Below, in pieces: positions 46,763-56,104 of a stretch of 64,000 nt of DNA. Within the stretch, counting starts at the first letter, position 1, and the number at the start of each line of letters is the position of its first letter. Made by a program: the position numbers and the translations under genes. The stretch comes from Alphaproteobacteria bacterium. GTDB lineage: Bacteria; Pseudomonadota; Alphaproteobacteria; Rs-D84. The notes below the pieces were generated by a model, which was given only the letters and a program-made list of their open reading frames with translations, did not search any database and was not told where the DNA came from. The DNA lies in NCBI GenBank assembly GCA_015062545.1, contig SUUL01000001.1:96375-160374 (forward strand), in the 5' to 3' direction.

Positions 46763-46965
46763 ATTGTCCCCCTTTGGGTTGTCTTTACACTGGACAATAT
46801 AATACAAATTATATATTTTGTCAAGTGTTTGTTATAATAATATTTTTTCTTTTCGCATAATAATAGCTTGATTTTTGCTTGTTTAGGTATTAAGCTGTGA
46901 ATTAATGAAACAAGCAACAATAATTATTATTAAATAATGGCTGCACGCGCTTTGGCGGTGGCTGG

Positions 46966-46985
46966 GGCGCATAGCGCCTTTTTTT
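46966..46985 (+). terminator. hairpin ggcgc-ata-gcgcc + T7 in the ileS 5' leader (possible attenuator)
   Basis: GC stem and T-run 24 nt upstream of the ileS ATG, in a divergent intergenic region. There is no upstream plus-strand gene for it to terminate. Confidence 0.4.
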
Positions 46986-47008
46986 AATATAAAAATCGGA
47001 GTAATATT

Positions 47009-50000
47009 ATGGCATACCCAAAAACAGATGTGCGCGTAAACTTTTCAGAACTGGAACACCAGGTGTTGGAATATTGGCGCGAAAATAACACATTCCACAA
47101 ATCGTTGGAACAGACCAAGCAAGGCCAACCGTTCAATTTCTATGACGGACCGCCCTTTGCCAATGGTTTGCCACACTGGGGACATCTGGGGGTAACTATT
47201 GTTAAAGATATGGTGTCGCGCTTTCAGACAATGAATGGACGCTATGTACGCCGCGAACTGGGGTGGGATTGCCACGGGTTGCCGGCGGAAAATTCCGTTG
47301 AAAAAAAGCAGGGACGCGCCGCCAAAGATATTGTTGCAACGGATGGTATTGATGCATTCTGTGATATGTGCCGGACTGACGTTATGACATATACCAACGA
47401 ATGGAATCGTTTTATCAAACGTATGGGGCGTTGGGTCGACATTGGTGATGGGTATGGATACAAAACCATGGATAAAAATTATATGGAATCCATGCTGTGG
47501 ACATTAAAGTCACTGTATGAAAAGGGCTTGTTATATAAAGATTACAGCGTTAATCCATACGACTGGGTCAACGGTACGGTTGTATCTAATTCCGAAGCAT
47601 CACAGGACTATCGCGAAATTGTTGATGATGCGGTAACCGTATGGTTTGAATTGGAAAATGGCGATCGTGCAATCGCATGGACAACAACACCGTGGACATT
47701 GCCGGCAAATTCTGCGCTGGCGGTAAATCCAAATATGGAATACGTGCGTATGCAAGACGAAGACGGTGCAACATACATCATCGCCGCAAGTCGCCTGAAG
47801 GCATACGAAAAACAATTTGCCAACGCACACGAGATTGGCCGCGTTCGTGGTGCAGATTTGGTTGGAAAACATTATACGCCATTGTTCCCATACTATGCAG
47901 GTACATCCGAATTATTGTTCCAAGTAATACCGGCAGATTATGTTTCCGATGGTGACGGAACAGGTATCGTTCATATCGCACCTGCGTATGGGGCAGACGA
48001 CTTTTGGGCGGCAAAAAATATTGATGCAAAATTCCCAGTACTGTTAAACGTGGACAACTATGGGAACTTTGATGAAAGTGTCACAGATTTCGCGGGTGAA
48101 AATATATTTGCCGCAACACCAAAAATCATTGATTGGCTAAAGACAAATGGCAAATTGGTAAAGAAAGAACAATACAAACACAGTTATCCATTTGGCGACC
48201 GCAGCCGCGAAAAATTGATATATCGCGCAACAGATTCTTGGTATATTGATGTGCCAAAAATCAAAGATAAATTATTGGCAAATAACGCAAAAACAAACTG
48301 GACATCCGCGGGTGAAAGATTCCGTTCTTGGATTGAAAACGCACGTCCTTGGTCAATATCACGCAATCGTTTCTGGGGGATGCCATTGCCAATTTGGGAA
48401 AGAAATGGCGAATACAAAGTATTCGGTTCAATCGCAGAATTGGAAGAATTCTTTGGCGTGGAAGTAAAAGACTTACACCGTCCAACGTTAGACAAACTGA
48501 CCAAAGACGGTTGGGTGCGTATCACAGATGTTCTGGACTGCTGGGTGGAAAGTGGTTCTATGCCATGGGCATCGTTGCATTATCCATTTGAAAACGTTGA
48601 AAAATTCAATACTTCATTCCCCGCGGATTATATCATCGAAGGACAAGACCAAACACGCGGTTGGTTCTATGCATTGATGGTATTGGCGACTGCATTGTTT
48701 GACAAGCCTGCGTTTATGAATGTTTCTGCAAACGGTATGATGGTTGATGAAAACAAAAAGAAACTGTCCAAATCGTTACGCAACTTCGTCAGCCCCGCCG
48801 ACCAGGTTGAAAAAACAGGTGCAGATACAGTACGCTTGTTCATATTGGGGTCAAATTTCCTGAAGGCAGAACCTGTGTCTATTGATATGGTCGGCAAGGT
48901 GTTTGTTGATACAACAAAAACTATTTTAACACCGTTGTGGATGGCGTATCACTTCTTTACACTGTATGCAAATGCAGGAAACGTTACTGCACACGAAATG
49001 CAAAATCCAACCAATCCGTTGGATAAGTATATCTTGGCAGAATTAAACGTTCTGATTGACGTTGTGACAGGCGCGTTAAACGAATACAAACCAGACGCGG
49101 CAATCAAAGAATTCGTTCGTTTCTTGGATATCTTAAACAACTGGTATATAAGACGTGGGCGCGCACGTTTCTGGGACGAAGAGCAAGATGCTTTTGATAC
49201 GCTGTGGACAGTATTAACCGTATTCTGTCGTGTAATCGCACCATTTGCGCCATTTGTTGCAGAACACGTATATCGTAACCTGACAGGGTGTGAATCTGTA
49301 CATCTGACAACATGGCCGGTGGCAGGTGACGCAGACAAAAAAATCGTAGAAGATATGCGCCGCGTACAATCCGTTGTGTCTGTCGGAAAACAGTTGCGTG
49401 AACAATATAAGTTGCGTAATCGTTTACCATTGAATTCTTTGACGGTGGCGGGGGCAGACATGCCAGAATACGCCGACATTATCAAAGATGAAATGAATGT
49501 AAAATCCGTTCAATTCCAAGATTCATTTGGTGACGTGGCAGACAGCTTTATATATCTGATTACACCAAAAATTGGCGCACGTTTGGGTGGGGCATTGAAA
49601 GATATTATTCCCGCCGTCAAACGTGGCGAATATGAAATTGTTGGCAACAACTTAATTGCAGCCGGTCACACATTAAACGCAGACGAATTTGAAAAACGTC
49701 TGACGGTGCGTGATGGGGTCAGTGGTGCCGCATTGCCTGATAACACCGCCGCGGTGGTATTAGATACAGATGTAACAGCAGACCTGGTGGCCGAAGGCTT
49801 GGCAAATGATGCGTTGCGCTTTATCCAAGACACACGTAAAACTGCGGGTTTGGATGTTTCTGACCGTATAATCTTGACATACACTGCAGATCCAGCATTG
49901 GCAGCCGCGATTGAACAGCATAAAAAACGCATAATGCGTGATGCGCTGATTGCGGAAATGGTAAATGGGAACGGCGAATACGAAACCGAAATCGAAGGGT

Positions 50001-50032
50001 ACGCATTAAATATATCTGTCAAAAAAGCATAA
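47009..50032 (+). CDS. ileS: isoleucyl-tRNA synthetase (type 2, 1007 aa)
   Basis: HLGH-type motif (PFANGLPHWGHL), KMSKS (KLSKSL), editing domain. GGAG SD. Confidence 0.9.
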   Translation: MAYPKTDVRVNFSELEHQVLEYWRENNTFHKSLEQTKQGQPFNFYDGPPFANGLPHWGHLGVTIVKDMVSRFQTMNGRYVRRELGWDCHGLPAENSVEKKQGRAAKDIVATDGIDAFCDMCRTDVMTYTNEWNRFIKRMGRWVDIGDGYGYKTMDKNYMESMLWTLKSLYEKGLLYKDYSVNPYDWVNGTVVSNSEASQDYREIVDDAVTVWFELENGDRAIAWTTTPWTLPANSALAVNPNMEYVRMQDEDGATYIIAASRLKAYEKQFANAHEIGRVRGADLVGKHYTPLFPYYAGTSELLFQVIPADYVSDGDGTGIVHIAPAYGADDFWAAKNIDAKFPVLLNVDNYGNFDESVTDFAGENIFAATPKIIDWLKTNGKLVKKEQYKHSYPFGDRSREKLIYRATDSWYIDVPKIKDKLLANNAKTNWTSAGERFRSWIENARPWSISRNRFWGMPLPIWERNGEYKVFGSIAELEEFFGVEVKDLHRPTLDKLTKDGWVRITDVLDCWVESGSMPWASLHYPFENVEKFNTSFPADYIIEGQDQTRGWFYALMVLATALFDKPAFMNVSANGMMVDENKKKLSKSLRNFVSPADQVEKTGADTVRLFILGSNFLKAEPVSIDMVGKVFVDTTKTILTPLWMAYHFFTLYANAGNVTAHEMQNPTNPLDKYILAELNVLIDVVTGALNEYKPDAAIKEFVRFLDILNNWYIRRGRARFWDEEQDAFDTLWTVLTVFCRVIAPFAPFVAEHVYRNLTGCESVHLTTWPVAGDADKKIVEDMRRVQSVVSVGKQLREQYKLRNRLPLNSLTVAGADMPEYADIIKDEMNVKSVQFQDSFGDVADSFIYLITPKIGARLGGALKDIIPAVKRGEYEIVGNNLIAAGHTLNADEFEKRLTVRDGVSGAALPDNTAAVVLDTDVTADLVAEGLANDALRFIQDTRKTAGLDVSDRIILTYTADPALAAAIEQHKKRIMRDALIAEMVNGNGEYETEIEGYALNISVKKA

Positions 50033-50092
50033 AAGGGGCAGGTTATGGCACAGAAATCCTGTATCAATTAACAGGCAAAAGAACAAAATAAA

Positions 50093-50740
50093 ATGAAACT
50101 GACACCGCAAAGATATTTTGAATTGGTACCAAATACAGTTGACATGACAATACGGTCGGAACTGTATCATACCAATGAATTTAACTTTGCGGTGGCGGTC
50201 ATTTTATCTGCCCAGGCAACAGATAAAAAAGTGAACGAAGTTACACCCGAACTGTTCCGGGTGGCACCAACACCAGAAAAAATGGTAAAACTGGGGCTGG
50301 ATGGACTGAAAGAACATATCCGCGTTATTTCTTTCTTTAACAACAAGGCAAAAAATATTATTGCACTGGCAGAAATTCTGGCGGGCGAAAATGTAACAGA
50401 TGTATTCCCAGACAAATACCATAATCGCGATGTGTTAATGAAATTACCAGGCATCGGACAAAAGACAGCAAATGTTGTTACGAATGTTTTATGGGGCGCG
50501 CCAAACATTGGTGTTGATACCCATGTTTTTCGTAACGCACACAGATATGGTTGGGTTGATGCATCCGACAATTCGCCAGAAAAGGTCGAAGCAAAGTTAT
50601 TACAAAAAATCCCAAAAAAATATCACCCCATCGTCAATCATGTGATGGTGTTGCATGGGCGATATGTATGCAAGGCCTTGCGCCCATTGTGTGACAGGTG
50701 CCCGGTTGCAAAATGGTGCCATGCAAAGCCAGATGTTTGA
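50093..50740 (+). CDS. nth: endonuclease III
   Basis: HhH-GPD motif LPGIGQKTANVV and C-terminal Fe-S cluster C..C..C..C. Confidence 0.85.
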   Translation: MKLTPQRYFELVPNTVDMTIRSELYHTNEFNFAVAVILSAQATDKKVNEVTPELFRVAPTPEKMVKLGLDGLKEHIRVISFFNNKAKNIIALAEILAGENVTDVFPDKYHNRDVLMKLPGIGQKTANVVTNVLWGAPNIGVDTHVFRNAHRYGWVDASDNSPEKVEAKLLQKIPKKYHPIVNHVMVLHGRYVCKALRPLCDRCPVAKWCHAKPDV

Positions 50741-50792
50741 TATGTTTATCTATGCCTTGAAAAGCATGAATTAATGCTTTATACTGCGGTAT

Positions 50793-51851
50793 ATGAATAT
50801 TCTGAACAAGTATTTTTCACGGCAGTTGGTGGCGATTTTCGTCATGCTGATGTTGATTCTGACGGGGCTGTCATGGATGATGCAGATTATGTCCATGATG
50901 AAATTCTTGTTAAAATACGGTGTTGATGTGGTCAGCTTCTTGGGACTGACCGCGTTGATGATTCCATTTATCGCATCAATTATTGTGCCGTTTGTGTGCT
51001 TTATTGCGATTATTTTCGTGTATAACAAAATGATTTCAGATAATGAAATTACTGTTATGGCGGCATCTGGTCTGTCACCACGACAAATTGCAAGTCCTGC
51101 ATTACGTCTGAGTGCGTTGTTAACAATACTAAATTTGGCATTGAATATTTGGGTCGTTCCCGCCAGCCAATCTTTGTTCTATGACACACAATGGGATATG
51201 CAATACGGTATGGCACACATGAAATTGCAAGAAGGGGCTTTTACAGAAATATCTGATGGATTGGTGGTATATGTTGAAAAAGTGGCCGGCCATGATTTAA
51301 GTCAGGTTATGCTGTCAGATATGCGTGACGAAAATACAACGAATACAATATTTGCAGAAAAAGGTAAACTGGTTACAACAATGCGTGGCCTGTCGTTGGT
51401 GATGACAAATGGTTCTTTGCAGACAGGTGGAAAACAAACAACAACTGGTACATTTGAAACATTTGATATGGATTTGAATGTTGTAGATAAAGATGGTTCT
51501 GCATCTTTTCGGGTCAGACGTGTTCCAACAATGCAACTGATGCAGATTGCGTTTGATGCCCAAACAAAAAAACAACATAAAATGATTTTGGCCGAATTGT
51601 GTAATAGGTTCTTGAGTCCAATTATGAACCTGATATTGGCAGCACTGTGTGCGACAATATTGTTGCGTTCATCATTGTTGCGCAGACGTGCCAGTTTTGC
51701 CCCAGTGGTGGCTGTGGCGGCAATGGCTGCAACAATGGCTGCATATATGTCTTTGTCAAACACAATCGGCAGTTTAACTGAATTTGTATTATTGGCATTT
51801 GGGTTGATAATATTGTTAATAATTATAATGACGGCTTTATCAAAAAAATGA
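50793..51851 (+). CDS. LptF/LptG-family LPS export permease
   Basis: YjgP/YjgQ topology: N-terminal TMs, periplasmic domain, C-terminal TMs. Directly upstream of lptD with a 4-nt overlap. Confidence 0.7.
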   Translation: MNILNKYFSRQLVAIFVMLMLILTGLSWMMQIMSMMKFLLKYGVDVVSFLGLTALMIPFIASIIVPFVCFIAIIFVYNKMISDNEITVMAASGLSPRQIASPALRLSALLTILNLALNIWVVPASQSLFYDTQWDMQYGMAHMKLQEGAFTEISDGLVVYVEKVAGHDLSQVMLSDMRDENTTNTIFAEKGKLVTTMRGLSLVMTNGSLQTGGKQTTTGTFETFDMDLNVVDKDGSASFRVRRVPTMQLMQIAFDAQTKKQHKMILAELCNRFLSPIMNLILAALCATILLRSSLLRRRASFAPVVAVAAMAATMAAYMSLSNTIGSLTEFVLLAFGLIILLIIIMTALSKK

Positions 51852-53860
51852 AAAAAATTATTGCGTCTTTGATTGCTGTGATGTTGTGCAAAAATGCTTT
51901 TGCACTGGCGGTTAATATTAACGAACCACGCACAATTACCGCCGATAAAATAGAATATGATTTGAAAAGCGATACAATCAAAACGTCTGGGGATACAGAA
52001 ATTATTAATAAATCTGGACAAAGAATGACCCTGACAGATTCATATATTACACAACAGGGAACAAATATGTCCGGGGATGATATAAAAATCTGGCTGGGCA
52101 GTCATGTATATATAGAATCAGATAACATTGTACGTGACGGTGATTTAACAATCGCACGGCGCGCGCTGTTTACCGCATGCGATGATTGTGATAAAATCGG
52201 CAACGCATGGTCAATATGGACGTATAAAATTATTCATGATCTGGAAGACAGAATGTTACGATTCTATAGCCCTGTGTTATACACATACGAAATTCCTGTG
52301 ATGTGGTTGCCTTATTTTGAAATGCCAGATCCTGGAATCAAGTACAAGACGGGTTTCTTGATGCCGGATTTTGGTTCAACAAATAAAATGGGAACGCAAA
52401 TAAATGTGCCTTTTTATGTTAACTTTTCCGACACACATGATATGACGTTGACATTTTCGTACCTGACAAAAGAAAATCCGCTGTTCCAAGTACAACACAG
52501 ACTAAATGCGGACCATTCAGAATACAGAACGTCCGCATCCTTTACACGAAATAAAGCAGGCGAAAATCGTTGGCACGTATTTAACGATGATGTCATAGAA
52601 CTGGGGGAAAATGCACGCGCAACCATATTCTTGGAACGCGCCAGTGACGAAACATATCTGCAAAAATATGGATTCTATAATGACCAGCCATATTTGGATT
52701 CTGGGGCAAAATTAGAAGTGTTTGGACAAAGTAGCTATGTCGTTGCGGATGCGCACGTTTTCCAAGAACTGCGTAAATATTCCAGAACACACGCGACACC
52801 TGATGGGAATATTTTGCCAAATATTCGCGCCACACACCAGACCGCACCACTGTTTGAAGAAACATACGCAACATTTTCTGCAGACGTGTTGGGAATATCG
52901 GGGGATGGAACATCAACACAACGTATGATTGGCGATGCCAGAATTACTTCGCCTTGGACATTATGGGGTGGCAATCGCCTGACGGCCAGTTTATCCGCCA
53001 GATATGATTTATACCACTTTAACAACACAGAAATGGTTAATGGGGGAATGTTCTCTGGATTCAAAAACCGTTTCTTGCCCAGCGGTTATTTAGAATGGGG
53101 GCTGCCAATGTTCCGCCCTGCAAAAAAATGGACACAAATTATTGAACCGCGTATAAGGTTGACCATGATGCGAAAGATGGATACCGAAGAATTTGCATTA
53201 GATAATGATTCTGCAGGTACAATTCTGACAGACGCAACACTGTTTTCTGATAACCGGTTCGCAGGTTTAGATTTGTGGGAAAATGGCACATACGCAGATT
53301 ATGGGGTGCGCTGGGTCGCGTTTAGCCGAGATAATAAATCCATCGAAGTGTTCTTGGGGCAATCTTATGATTTTACTGACCGACCTGCCATTGATTTGAA
53401 CAGCGGCTTTCATAATGGACTGTCAGACTATGTTGGACGCATAAGCTACAATAACAATAAATGGCTGAATTTTTCGACACGTTTCAGATTAAACCAAGAC
53501 AACATGGAATTACGTCATGTTGAATCATCCGCCAGAATCGGTAAAAGTGGTAACTTCTTGAATATCGGCCATATATGGTCACAGAATATGAATGTGGACT
53601 TAACACAAAATGTCGATATAAACGAAGCAATTATTGGGGCAGGGGTCAAGCTTAGCGACAGATGGTCTGTGCGATGGAACAGTGTTTATAATATAGAAGC
53701 AGAATTATTCCAAAGACACAGTGGTGGTGTGTTCTATAATCACCCATGTTATTATCTGTCACTGCAATACCGTCATGATAATGCAATCAAGGCAGACTAT
53801 GTTGGTAATACAACATTCCAATTCAAGTTCGGCATGGCGATTGACGGACAACAGTATTAA
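51848..53860 (+). CDS. lptD: LPS-assembly protein LptD (OstA)
   Basis: Signal peptide, OstA-like N-terminal domain, large C-terminal beta-barrel ending ...FKFGMAIDGQQY. Confidence 0.8.
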   Translation: MKKIIASLIAVMLCKNAFALAVNINEPRTITADKIEYDLKSDTIKTSGDTEIINKSGQRMTLTDSYITQQGTNMSGDDIKIWLGSHVYIESDNIVRDGDLTIARRALFTACDDCDKIGNAWSIWTYKIIHDLEDRMLRFYSPVLYTYEIPVMWLPYFEMPDPGIKYKTGFLMPDFGSTNKMGTQINVPFYVNFSDTHDMTLTFSYLTKENPLFQVQHRLNADHSEYRTSASFTRNKAGENRWHVFNDDVIELGENARATIFLERASDETYLQKYGFYNDQPYLDSGAKLEVFGQSSYVVADAHVFQELRKYSRTHATPDGNILPNIRATHQTAPLFEETYATFSADVLGISGDGTSTQRMIGDARITSPWTLWGGNRLTASLSARYDLYHFNNTEMVNGGMFSGFKNRFLPSGYLEWGLPMFRPAKKWTQIIEPRIRLTMMRKMDTEEFALDNDSAGTILTDATLFSDNRFAGLDLWENGTYADYGVRWVAFSRDNKSIEVFLGQSYDFTDRPAIDLNSGFHNGLSDYVGRISYNNNKWLNFSTRFRLNQDNMELRHVESSARIGKSGNFLNIGHIWSQNMNVDLTQNVDINEAIIGAGVKLSDRWSVRWNSVYNIEAELFQRHSGGVFYNHPCYYLSLQYRHDNAIKADYVGNTTFQFKFGMAIDGQQY

Positions 53861-53876
53861 AAAAAAGGAAAGAGAG

Positions 53877-54704
53877 ATGAAGTTCTGGGGTAATTTATTG
53901 GCATTAATATCGGTGTTTTTTATGATGCCTGCATTTGGGGCCAGCTTGGTCGCCACAATAAATGGCACACCAATTACCGATACAGATATTACCGCCAGAA
54001 CAAAACTGATGGCGCGCCAAGGACAAACATCTACTGACAATCGCAGGGTGGCACTGCAAAACATAATTGATGACAATTTGAAATTGGCGTACGCCGCGAA
54101 CTTTAATGCCGTACCAGATGAAAAAATCGTTGATGAAGAGTTCAAAAAAATGAATCTGGGCGATGTCAGCGCATCTGAAAAGGAAATGGCAAAAAATGCA
54201 CTGCGCGCAGAAATCGCATGGCAGATTATCGTTGCAAGAACCGTTTTACCAACGGTTGAAGTTACCAAAGACGATATTAACACAGAACGTATTAATCTGG
54301 CACGAGAGCAAGGACTGCCTGTTGAGATGACCATTGTGCGTCTGACAGATATTCCAGAAGATGTTGCAAAAAAATTAACAAAACCAAAATCTTGTGATGA
54401 TGCGATTGCAATCGCAGAATCTTTGGGCGGGATTCCACAAAAATTTACCGCGATGCAATACGAACTGTCCGCAGATATTCGCGCACGGGTCGCGGCTTTA
54501 CCAATACTGACATGGTCAAAACGCGAAGATAATTCCGTACTGTTGGTGTGCAGCACAAAAAATACAGATGAATATAAAAATCTGGATGAAATAATCAAAC
54601 AAAACACAACTTATAAACAAGCCATGTTCTTGGCGGACCAACAATTAAAGCAGTTGCGCCGCAAGGCAGTTATTGTAATTAACGATGATAGATATAAATT
54701 ATGA
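53877..54704 (+). CDS. SurA N-terminal-domain periplasmic chaperone-like protein (no obvious PPIase domain)
   Basis: Signal peptide MKFWGNLLALISVFFMMPAFG, SurA_N-like region. Downstream of lptD as in lptD-surA operons. Its stop overlaps the rlmN start. Confidence 0.6.
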   Translation: MKFWGNLLALISVFFMMPAFGASLVATINGTPITDTDITARTKLMARQGQTSTDNRRVALQNIIDDNLKLAYAANFNAVPDEKIVDEEFKKMNLGDVSASEKEMAKNALRAEIAWQIIVARTVLPTVEVTKDDINTERINLAREQGLPVEMTIVRLTDIPEDVAKKLTKPKSCDDAIAIAESLGGIPQKFTAMQYELSADIRARVAALPILTWSKREDNSVLLVCSTKNTDEYKNLDEIIKQNTTYKQAMFLADQQLKQLRRKAVIVINDDRYKL

Positions 54705-55807
54705 AACCAATATTATTTAATTTTACCGATGCAGAATTAGAACAGTTTATTGTAAACTTGGGACAGCCAAAATTTCGTGCAAAACAAATTCGCGAATGGT
54801 TAAATCGTGGCGCACCAGATTTTGCATCTATGAAAAATATACCAGAAGTGTTGCGTAACGACTTGGATAAAAGTGCGCAGACCTTGCCCGTAAAAATTAT
54901 AAAAAAACTGGAATCTGCAGACGGGGAAACAACCAAGTTTTTATTAGAACTGAATGATGGTGAACAAATAGAATGTGTGTTAATGCGCACAACTTATGGA
55001 AACAGTGTTTGTGTCAGTTCACAGGCAGGATGCGCCATGGGATGCAAATTCTGTGCCAGTACTTTGTTGGGACTAAAACGCAATTTAACCGCAAATGAAA
55101 TTTACGCACAAATCCTTGTTGCACAATGGGAACTGCGCGCAGATAAATTCGCCGACAAACCAATTCGTCCAAATGGTGATGCAAACAATGGGGATGTGTC
55201 ACATATCGTTATTATGGGAACTGGCGAACCGCTGCAAAACACAGAAAATGTTATCAGTTTTATTGAACGCGCAAATTCACAAATGGGTATTGGATGGCGC
55301 AGAATTACCGTTTCTACGTGCGGTATTGTACCTGGGATTGACAGATTAATAGAGTGGGGCAGACCAATAAATCTGGCAATTTCGCTGCATGCACCAACCG
55401 ATGAATTACGTTGCCAGATTATGCCAATAAACAACAAATATAAACTGAATGAAGTTTTAGATGCTGCGTGGCGTTTTACAGACCTGCATAATCGCCAATT
55501 AATGATTGAATATATTTTGTTGGGTAAAAAAGATGATAATGGCGAAACAGTTCTATATAACGCAACCGAAGAATACGCGCAAAAACTGTCGGAATTGTTA
55601 CAAGGTAAAAACTGCATGGTGAATTTAATCCCTTGGAATGCGGTTGATGAACGCGACTTTGCCGCACCATCTGGAAATGCCGTACACCGTTTCCAAGATA
55701 CCTTGATTAAGAATGGTATTCATACACGAATCAGGCGTGAACGTGGTACAGATATTGGATCTGCGTGTGGACAATTACGATTAAATAATGCACGTGGCAA
55801 AAATTAA
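54701..55807 (+). CDS. rlmN: 23S rRNA/tRNA (adenine-C2)-methyltransferase RlmN
   Basis: Radical SAM CAMGCKFCAS motif, RlmN N-terminal ..PKFRAKQIREWL.. and C-terminal GSACGQL. Confidence 0.85.
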   Translation: MKPILFNFTDAELEQFIVNLGQPKFRAKQIREWLNRGAPDFASMKNIPEVLRNDLDKSAQTLPVKIIKKLESADGETTKFLLELNDGEQIECVLMRTTYGNSVCVSSQAGCAMGCKFCASTLLGLKRNLTANEIYAQILVAQWELRADKFADKPIRPNGDANNGDVSHIVIMGTGEPLQNTENVISFIERANSQMGIGWRRITVSTCGIVPGIDRLIEWGRPINLAISLHAPTDELRCQIMPINNKYKLNEVLDAAWRFTDLHNRQLMIEYILLGKKDDNGETVLYNATEEYAQKLSELLQGKNCMVNLIPWNAVDERDFAAPSGNAVHRFQDTLIKNGIHTRIRRERGTDIGSACGQLRLNNARGKN

Positions 55808-55810
55808 CCC

Positions 55811-55833
55811 CGCCGGCATTTCGCCGGTTTTTT
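55811..55833 (+). terminator. intrinsic terminator (gccggcatttcgccgg + T6)
   Basis: Same hairpin family. Confidence 0.65.
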
Positions 55834-55889
55834 AATTGAAAATTAAGATTTATTTTTGTATCGTAAGACAACAATACAAAGGATATAAA

Positions 55890-56084
55890 ATGGAAGAAAA
55901 TAAACTGTCTTTTGAAGAAGCCTACAAACAATTAATGGAACTGGTAAAAAAAATGGAATCCGGCGAACTGCCGTTGGCAGATTCTGTGGCCGCATACGAA
56001 CAAGGAATCAAGTTAAAAGCATATTGTGAACAACTGCTGAAGGAAGCAGAATTAAAAATCGAAACATTAAAAGTAAATGCATAA
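55890..56084 (+). CDS. xseB: exodeoxyribonuclease VII small subunit
   Basis: 64 aa: LSFEEAYKQLMELVKKMESGELPLADSVAAYEQGIKL.. matches XseB. AAAGGA SD. Confidence 0.75.
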   Translation: MEENKLSFEEAYKQLMELVKKMESGELPLADSVAAYEQGIKLKAYCEQLLKEAELKIETLKVNA

Positions 56085-56104
56085 TTTAATAAAACGGATT
56101 TGTC

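Noticed and set aside
53759-54607. 282-aa minus-strand ORF antisense to the surA-like gene
   Set aside because: It is a low-complexity Ser-rich translation. The plus-strand gene has a signal peptide and operon coupling to lptD and rlmN.
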